DNA from: Anaerolineae bacterium
GTDB taxonomy: Bacteria; Chloroflexota; Anaerolineae; S140-20
Assembly: GCA_027021705.1 (NCBI GenBank)
Contig: JALUTT010000071.1
Span: 1-43,338 of the forward strand
DNA length: 43,338 bases
Direction: 5' to 3'
Both the position numbers and the translations under genes were made by a program. The number at the start of each line of letters is the position of its first letter. Position 1 is the stretch's first letter. The notes beneath the pieces were generated by a model. The model saw nothing but the letters and a program-made list of their open reading frames with translations, searched no databases and was not told the DNA's origin. Positions 36,053-43,338 of this stretch are shown piece after piece.

Positions 36053-37373
36053 GTTCACCCTCCACTTCCCCCCCGACTTCCGCTGGGGGACGGCAACCAG
36101 CGCCCATCAGGTCGAGGGCAACAACACCAACAACGACTGGTGGCGCTGGGAGCAGGAAGAGGGGCACATCCTGCGTGGCCACCGATCGGGCCGCGCCTGC
36201 GATTGGTGGGAGCGGGCCGAGGAGGATTTCGACCGGGCGGCGGCGATGCACCAGAACGCCCACCGCCTCTCCGTCGAGTGGAGCCGCATCGAGCCCCAGG
36301 ATGGGGTCTGGGACGAGGCAGCCCTGGAGCGCTATCGGACGATGGTCCAGGGGCTGCGCCAGCGGGGGATCGAGCCGATGGTCACGCTCCACCACTTCAC
36401 CAATCCCCTCTGGCTGGCCGATATGGGCGGCTGGGAGCGGGAGGAGGTGGTCATCCCCCGCTTCCGTCGCTTCGTCCGCCGGGTGGTGGAGGCGCTGGGC
36501 GACCTGGTGGACCTCTGGTGCACGCTGAACGAGATGAACGTTTACGCCGTGCAGGGCTATCTGATGGGGGTCTGGCCGCCGGGGAAGCAGGACTTCGGCC
36601 TGACGATGCGGGTGCTGCGCACGATGCTCCGCGCCCACGCCGCCGCCTACGAGGCGATCCACCAGGTGCAGCCCGAGGCCCGGGTGGGCATCGCCCACGC
36701 GATGATCATCTTTGACCCGGCCAACCCCGGCTCCCCGCTGGACCGCTGGGCGGCCCGCCAGCAGGACAAGCTTTTCAACCAGGCCATCCTGGACGCGCTG
36801 CTGCGGGGCCGGCTCCCTCTCCTGGGAGGTGGCCCCTTCCTGCGCGGTGTCCGGGGGACGCTGGACTGGATCGGCCTCAACTACTACACCCGGCGGATGG
36901 TCGCCTTCGACCGCCGGGAGGCCAAAGCGCTCTTCGGGCGCAACTTCATCAAAGAGGGGGCGGAACAGTCCGATGGGGGCTACGGCGAGGTCTATCCCAA
37001 GGGGCTCTTTCGGCTCCTGCGCCGGCTCTCCCGCTACGGCCTGCCCCTCTACGTCACCGAGAACGGCCTGCCCGACGCCGACGACGACCAGCGCCCCCGC
37101 TTCCTCATCACCCACCTGCGCCAGCTCTGGAAGGCCCTCCAGGGCAACATCCCCGTCTACGGCTACTACCACTGGTCGCTGGTGGACAACTTCGAGTGGG
37201 CGGAAGGGTGGACCCTGCGCTTTGGGCTGATCGAGGTGGACCCGGAGACCCAGGAGCGGCGGATGCGGCCCAGCGGTGAACTCTACGGCGAGATCTGCCG
37301 GGCCAACGCCATCACCCACGAGATGGTTGCCCGCTACGCCCCCGAGGTGATGGAGAGACTCTTCCCCGGATAA
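36045..37373 (+). CDS. Glycoside hydrolase family 1 (beta-glucosidase-like)
   Basis: WGTATSAHQVEG, TLNE, NYY, VTENG, WSLVDNFEWAEG. Confidence 0.95.
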   Translation: MPEFTLHFPPDFRWGTATSAHQVEGNNTNNDWWRWEQEEGHILRGHRSGRACDWWERAEEDFDRAAAMHQNAHRLSVEWSRIEPQDGVWDEAALERYRTMVQGLRQRGIEPMVTLHHFTNPLWLADMGGWEREEVVIPRFRRFVRRVVEALGDLVDLWCTLNEMNVYAVQGYLMGVWPPGKQDFGLTMRVLRTMLRAHAAAYEAIHQVQPEARVGIAHAMIIFDPANPGSPLDRWAARQQDKLFNQAILDALLRGRLPLLGGGPFLRGVRGTLDWIGLNYYTRRMVAFDRREAKALFGRNFIKEGAEQSDGGYGEVYPKGLFRLLRRLSRYGLPLYVTENGLPDADDDQRPRFLITHLRQLWKALQGNIPVYGYYHWSLVDNFEWAEGWTLRFGLIEVDPETQERRMRPSGELYGEICRANAITHEMVARYAPEVMERLFPG

Positions 37374-37385
37374 GAATGGGAGGGG

Positions 37386-37820
37386 CTATGGCCACGCGGA
37401 CAGGGAACGCACATCCAGGTCGGATCCCTTCACCCGATGCACCAGCGTCTCGTCGGCGGTGACGAGGGGGAGAGACAGACGCCTGCTCAAGGCCACATAC
37501 ACGGCATCATAGGCCGTTATCCCATAAGCCGTGCCCAGTTCCAAAGCATCGAGGACCAAATCCATTGTGGAAATCACTCGCAAGGGCAGGCGGATCAGAT
37601 CGGATACATCCTGCCGGGCGGCATCGGGTGAGTAGCCAAAGTGCTGGACGTATTTCCAGAGGATGTTGGCGCATTCGACAAAGAACAGATCTGGCACGTA
37701 AAAGCGAGCGGGCGGCGTATCAGTCAGATGATTGAAGAGGTCTTCAACACGGTCAGAGAGAGGCTCAAGGAGGAAAAGTTTGATACCCACACTGGCGTCG
37801 AGGACGCAATCAAAATTCAT
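37386..37820 (-). CDS. vapC: VapC/PIN-domain toxin
   Basis: VLDASV, E...NILWK, TAYDAVYVALS, LVTADE. Confidence 0.9.
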   Translation of the reverse strand: MNFDCVLDASVGIKLFLLEPLSDRVEDLFNHLTDTPPARFYVPDLFFVECANILWKYVQHFGYSPDAARQDVSDLIRLPLRVISTMDLVLDALELGTAYGITAYDAVYVALSRRLSLPLVTADETLVHRVKGSDLDVRSLSAWP

Positions 37821-38059
37821 CGGCCTCGATCCTGGCGGAGAAGGGTTGTGCTATCGGGGGCGTTGACGGCGGCGGGGTTAAAAAAACGACGACGACGAAT
37901 GGAGGCCAGAACAGCCTGGGGAGAGGCCTCCGCCTCCTCAAGCGCCCATTCGAGCAAGGCGATGACCTCAGCACTCAACGAGCGGCGCTGAGCTTGGGCA
38001 CGGCGTTTGAGGCGAGCGTAGAGCTCCTCGGGCACGTTCTGGACGTGGAGGATAGTCAT
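37817..38059 (-). CDS. FitA/Arc-like ribbon-helix-helix antitoxin
   Basis: LHVQNVPEELYARLKRRA...RSLSAEV; 4-nt overlap with the toxin start. Confidence 0.88.
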   Translation of the reverse strand: MTILHVQNVPEELYARLKRRAQAQRRSLSAEVIALLEWALEEAEASPQAVLASIRRRRFFNPAAVNAPDSTTLLRQDRGR

Positions 38060-38142
38060 CGGTCTTGACCTCCTACGAATTCCAAATTTATGATACCACG
38101 GACAGGCTCTTTGTGCAACTATCCTACGGTGAGGGGGACGAG

Positions 38143-39615
38143 ATGCGTTTGAACCGTGATTGCTGCACCGGCTGTGGCTACTGCCTCCTCGTCTGCCCCC
38201 ACGACGCCCTGGGCAACGATGGCTGGGCCTTCCTGCGGCCGGAACGGTGCACCGACTGCAACGCCTGCCTCTACGCCTGCCCCAACGGCTGCTTCACCCC
38301 CGACCGGCCCCCACGCCGCCGCGCCCGGAACTACGGCGATGGCTACGACGCCCTCATCATCGGGGCCGGCTTGGGCGGGCTGATGACGGCGGCAGCCCTG
38401 GCCCGTCAAGGTTGGCAGGTCGCCCTCTTCGAGCAACTGGGCTTCCCCGGCGGGCGCTACACCGAGATCCGCTACCACGGCTACCAGATCACCACCGGGG
38501 CCTGGACGCCCCTGGGGCCTCGCAGCAACATTGGGCGCTTCCTGGCCGAGGTGGGGGCCCAGGTGCGCTGGATCACCCTGCGCGACCGGGCCGTTGGCGG
38601 GCGGGTCCCCGACCTCTTCCACATCGCCTTCGCCGATGGCCGCTACTACCGCCGCTTCGACGAGTTCCTCACCTCCCGAGAGATGCGGGCCTACGCCCGG
38701 GCGCTGGCGATGGGCCGGCGGCCCGGTGCCGAGGGGATCAGCATCCACGACCACCTGGCCCGGTGGGTGCCCAACCCCGACCTGCTGGCCGTGGCCGACG
38801 CCAACGTCTGCACCGCCTCAGGGCTGCGGGCCACCCAGGTGCCGGCCAGCGAGTACACCGTCATCGTCCAGGAGACGCGGGCCGTGGGCGCCGACTTCGG
38901 CTTCCCCATCGGCGGCCCCCGGGCCATCGTCCAGGCGCTGCTCCAGGTGGTGCGGAAGGCAGGAGGACGTCTCTTCACCCGCAGCCCGGTGACCCGCATC
39001 CTGCTGGAGGACGGGCGGGCCGTGGGCGTCCAACTGGCGACGGGGGAACAGGTGCGGGCAACCCGGGTGATCCACAACGGCGGGCCGGCCCGGCTGCGAC
39101 GGCTGGTGGGCGAGGAGAACCTGCCCGCCGACTACCGGGCCCGGCTGCGGGGCCTCAAGGACGTCCCCTGCGGAGCCCTGGTCCTGGGGCTCCGGGAGCC
39201 CCTCTTCCCCGAGGTGCCGATGCTCCTCACGCCGGGAGCCCAGCGGGTCGTCGGCATCTTCGCCCCCACCTTCTTCGATCCCACCCTGGCCCCGCCGGAC
39301 CGCCACCAGGTGGACGTCTTCTTCCCCCTGGAGTCGGAGGACCGGCGGGCGGAGCTGGCCCGGGTGTGGGAGGACCTGCGCACCCTCTTCCCCCGCCTGG
39401 ACGCGCTGGTGGAGGTGGCGGTGCCGATGCTCTTCACCGGCGGCTGGACGGGGGCGGAGAGCGGGCAGTACGTGGGGCAGACGGGGGAGGCCCGCCTCTC
39501 CCCTCAGACGCCCATCGAAGGGCTCTACCTGGTGGGGATGGACCTGCAGGGGAGCGCCGTGGCCGGGGACATCGTGCCCCTGGGGGTGCGCCGGCTGCTG
39601 GAGGTGCTGGCGTGA
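38143..39615 (+). CDS. 2x[4Fe-4S] ferredoxin domain fused to a phytoene-desaturase-like FAD oxidoreductase
   Basis: CTGCGYCLLVCP and CTDCNACLYACP; IIGAGLGGL; FPIGG; TPIEGLYLVG. Confidence 0.88.
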   Translation: MRLNRDCCTGCGYCLLVCPHDALGNDGWAFLRPERCTDCNACLYACPNGCFTPDRPPRRRARNYGDGYDALIIGAGLGGLMTAAALARQGWQVALFEQLGFPGGRYTEIRYHGYQITTGAWTPLGPRSNIGRFLAEVGAQVRWITLRDRAVGGRVPDLFHIAFADGRYYRRFDEFLTSREMRAYARALAMGRRPGAEGISIHDHLARWVPNPDLLAVADANVCTASGLRATQVPASEYTVIVQETRAVGADFGFPIGGPRAIVQALLQVVRKAGGRLFTRSPVTRILLEDGRAVGVQLATGEQVRATRVIHNGGPARLRRLVGEENLPADYRARLRGLKDVPCGALVLGLREPLFPEVPMLLTPGAQRVVGIFAPTFFDPTLAPPDRHQVDVFFPLESEDRRAELARVWEDLRTLFPRLDALVEVAVPMLFTGGWTGAESGQYVGQTGEARLSPQTPIEGLYLVGMDLQGSAVAGDIVPLGVRRLLEVLA

Positions 39616-40223
39616 ACTGGCGCGATCCCTCCTACCTGCTGCGAGGCACCGAGCGCCAGCGGGCCGCCTACCGCCTGCTCCGGGAGCTGCGCCTTTTCGA
39701 GGATCTGCGGGATTACACCCCCGTCCTGGTGGGCACCATCCCCCTGGGGATTGACGTGGCGGGGAGCGACCTGGACATCGTCTGCGAGGTCCAGGTCCCG
39801 GAGATGGAGACCTTCACCCGCCGTGTGACCGCCGCCTTCGGTCACCAACCCGACTTCCACCTCAAACGGAAGCGGATCAACGGCCTCCCCACCGTCGTGG
39901 CCGGCTTCACCGCCTCGACGGAGGGGTACACCTTCCCCGTCGAGATCTTCGGACAGCCCCGGCCGGTGACGGCTCAGAACGCCTACCGCCATATGGTCGT
40001 CGAAGCCCGGCTTCTGGCCCTGGGGGGCGAGCCGGCCCGGCGGGCGATCCGGCGGCTGAAGCAGCAGGGCCTCAAGACGGAGCCCGCCTTCGCCCGCTAC
40101 TTCCGCTTGGAGGGGGACCCCTACCAGACCCTGCTGGAGCTGGCCGCCCTGGACGACGAGGCCCTGGCCGCCGTGTGCGGACTGCGGACGGCGGACCACC
40201 GAGCGCCGACCGCCGATCGCTAG
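39612..40223 (+). CDS. DUF4269-like nucleotidyltransferase-fold protein
   Basis: GTG overlapping the upstream stop; LVGTIPLGIDVAGSDLDI, EIFGQ, QNAYRHM, GLKTEPAFA. Confidence 0.8.
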   Translation: MNWRDPSYLLRGTERQRAAYRLLRELRLFEDLRDYTPVLVGTIPLGIDVAGSDLDIVCEVQVPEMETFTRRVTAAFGHQPDFHLKRKRINGLPTVVAGFTASTEGYTFPVEIFGQPRPVTAQNAYRHMVVEARLLALGGEPARRAIRRLKQQGLKTEPAFARYFRLEGDPYQTLLELAALDDEALAAVCGLRTADHRAPTADR

Positions 40224-40267
40224 GCCGCTAGGCCGCTAACCGCTAACCGCTAGGCCGCTGAGAGATT

Positions 40268-40825
40268 ATGGACCACTTCCGATGGATCGCACCCTTCTAC
40301 GACCGCCTCTTCGGCTTCCTGGAGCCGGGCCGGCTGGCAGAACTGCTGGCTCCCCGGCCAAGTGACCGTCTCCTGGACGTCGGCGGGGGAACGGGCCGGG
40401 TGGCCCAGCACTTCCGGGCGACGGTGCGGGAGGTCTGCGTGGTGGACCTCTCCCGAGGAATGCTGGACCAGGCCCGGGCCAAGGCGGGGCTGCGGGCCTG
40501 CCGGGGGCGGGTGGAGCGGCTCCCCTTCGCCGACGGGAGCTTCCAGCGCATCATCGCCGTGGACAGCTTCCACCACTTCCAGGACCACCCCCAGGCCGCC
40601 GTCGAACTGGTCCGGGTGCTGGCCCCTGGAGGGCGGCTGGTCGTCGAGGAGCCCAACATCGAGCGCTGGCCCGTCAAGCTCATCGCCCTGGCGGAGGCGC
40701 TGGCCCTGATGCGCAGCCGCTTCTACAGCCCGTCGGACCTGGCCCGCCTCTTCCAGGCCGCCGGCGCCCGCGTCACCCTGTACGACGACGATGCGCTGAA
40801 CTATTGGGCCGTCGTGGAGAAGTGA
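40268..40825 (+). CDS. Class I SAM-dependent methyltransferase (UbiE-like)
   Basis: LLDVGGGTG, DLSRGML, LPFADGSF, RVLAPGG. Confidence 0.9.
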   Translation: MDHFRWIAPFYDRLFGFLEPGRLAELLAPRPSDRLLDVGGGTGRVAQHFRATVREVCVVDLSRGMLDQARAKAGLRACRGRVERLPFADGSFQRIIAVDSFHHFQDHPQAAVELVRVLAPGGRLVVEEPNIERWPVKLIALAEALALMRSRFYSPSDLARLFQAAGARVTLYDDDALNYWAVVEK

Positions 40826-40853
40826 AGCGTGAAACGTAAAGCGTGAGGGAGGG

Positions 40854-41492
40854 ATGAAGCATTTCGTCGCCATTGCCGGCAACATCGGCGTGGGCAAGTC
40901 CACCCTGACCGGCCTCCTGGCCACCCGCCTGGGCTGGGAACCCTTCTACGAGGCGGTGGACGACAACCCCTATCTGGCCGACTTCTACCGGGATATGCGG
41001 GCCTGGAGCTTCCACTCGCAGGTCTTCTTCCTCTCCCGTCGGCTGCGTCACCACCGCCAGCTCCTACAGCGCCCCAACGCCGTCGTCCAGGACCGAAGCA
41101 TCTACGAGGATGCCGAGGTCTTCGCCCGCAACCTCTACGAACGGGGGCAGATGGACCGACGGGACTACCAGGTCTACCGGGAGCTCTACGAGACCATCGT
41201 CAACTTCCTCCCCCCGCCCGACCTGGTCGTCTACCTACGGGCTTCCGTCCCCACCCTCCAGAAGCGGATTGCGATGCGGGGTCGGGACTTCGAGCGGACC
41301 ATCACGGCGGATTACCTGGAACGGCTCAACCAGCTCTACGAACGGTGGATCGCCCACTTCACCCTCTGCCCGGTGCTCACCGTGCCGGCCGATGAGCTGG
41401 ATTTCGTGATGTACGACCGCCATCTAGAACTGATCGTCGAGAAGGTCCTGGAGAAGCTCCAGGGCCGGGACGAGGTCGTCTTCAACCCGTAA
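40854..41492 (+). CDS. Deoxynucleoside kinase
   Basis: AGNIGVGKST, NPYLADFY, QDRSIYED, PDLVVYL, RGRDFE. Confidence 0.93.
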   Translation: MKHFVAIAGNIGVGKSTLTGLLATRLGWEPFYEAVDDNPYLADFYRDMRAWSFHSQVFFLSRRLRHHRQLLQRPNAVVQDRSIYEDAEVFARNLYERGQMDRRDYQVYRELYETIVNFLPPPDLVVYLRASVPTLQKRIAMRGRDFERTITADYLERLNQLYERWIAHFTLCPVLTVPADELDFVMYDRHLELIVEKVLEKLQGRDEVVFNP

Positions 41493-41506
41493 CCCGCAGC
41501 ACGGAG

Positions 41507-42640
<1,134 letters not shown>

Positions 42641-42647
42641 CGAGCAA

Positions 42648-42682
42648 CAGACCTCCGAGGTCCTTCAGATCTCGGAGGTCTG
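42648..42682. repeat. REP-like nested palindrome after the OYE gene
   Basis: CAGACCTCCGAGGTC-CTTCA-GATCTCGGAGGTCTG. Confidence 0.65.
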
Positions 42683-43142
42683 GGAAGAAGCCGAAGCGCC
42701 GGCGGCCTCGGAGCAAGAAGCGCTAGGGGTGTTGCCCCCCACCGGCGGGAGCACCCCCGCCCCCCCTCAGGGTGAGCCGGCCTGCTCTACCGACGACCAG
42801 GGGAGGCACCAAGGGCCGAGGCACTGAGGGGCAGGGGGCAGGGGGCAAGGGACCAAGCGACCAGCCTTCCCGCCTCGCCGCTCGAACGACCCGGCCAACC
42901 CGGTGCATCTCCCAGGGTGGTGATCGTGGCCCGGTTGACGGCCGGTCGGGTTGCGCCCCCCTGACCGGGAGGGGTCTATCCCTCCCCCTCTGCCAAGCGT
43001 GCCCCCACGCTCGGCCCTCCTCGCACGCCTATCCCCACCCCCTTGACAAATCGAGAAGACGCTCTGGTATAAACACGAGAGCACCTTTGGGGTATACTAC
43101 CCCTATGTCTTATCCACCCAACTCCCTGAAGGAGGTGCTCTC

Positions 43143-43338
43143 GTGTCCCTACAAAGTATACCACCCGAAGCCCGTTTGCGCCACCTGGAGGGCCACTACG
43201 CCGACCGCGTCGCCGCCTTCCGCCAACGGCTCGCCGCCCTCGGCCCCGACCGGGTCCTCATCGTCCTCCTGGACATCGGCAAGAACGTCCACTGGGCCGG
43301 CGCCTGGACCGCCGCCGATGAGGAGCTGGTCGCCCCCT
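43143..43338 (+). mobile_element. 5' part of an IS110-family DEDD recombinase/transposase (runs off the window)
   Basis: AAGGAGGTG RBS then GTG43143; ...VLIVLLDIGKNVHWA... matches the first RuvC-like strand (GIDxxKxxH type); TTGACA at 43043 and TATAAA at 43068 upstream. Confidence 0.7.

Noticed and set aside
38160..40223. 687-aa ORF as one protein
   Set aside because: Only the part from GTG39612 is protein-like; the rest is an off-frame read of the oxidoreductase gene

Overview
GC-rich bacterial chromosomal segment. Gene content and intergenic repeat style suggest Chloroflexota/Anaerolineae (inference). Most of it is housekeeping or metabolic: MaoC dehydratase, MBL hydrolases, CooC-like ATPase, Zn-ADH, panB, two extended SDRs, SufR-like regulator, ECF sigma/anti-sigma, TtcA-like, citryl-CoA lyase, citrate synthase, ABC exporter, AlaX, GAF/PAS kinase, dnaN, DegV, asnS, GH1, a VapBC-type TA pair, deoxynucleoside kinase, an OYE and the start of an IS110 recombinase. 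Two loci stand out. (1) At 3618-5173 a perfect sigma70 promoter is followed by a leader ORF ending WLDWFF...RSSPP, a mutually exclusive antiterminator/terminator pair, tRNA-Trp, tRNA-Phe, two tRNA-like RNAs and an HNH nuclease. This looks like a ribosome-sensed attenuator whose control codons match the tRNAs it gates. (2) At 30694-32857 a 2.16-kb mosaic array of about 25 modules is built on a 14-bp inverted repeat that also bounds dispersed elements elsewhere in the window. A lower-GC islet at the left end encodes a frameshifted secreted Cys/His-rich protein and a small membrane protein. All calls come from reading the sequence; no database searches were run.
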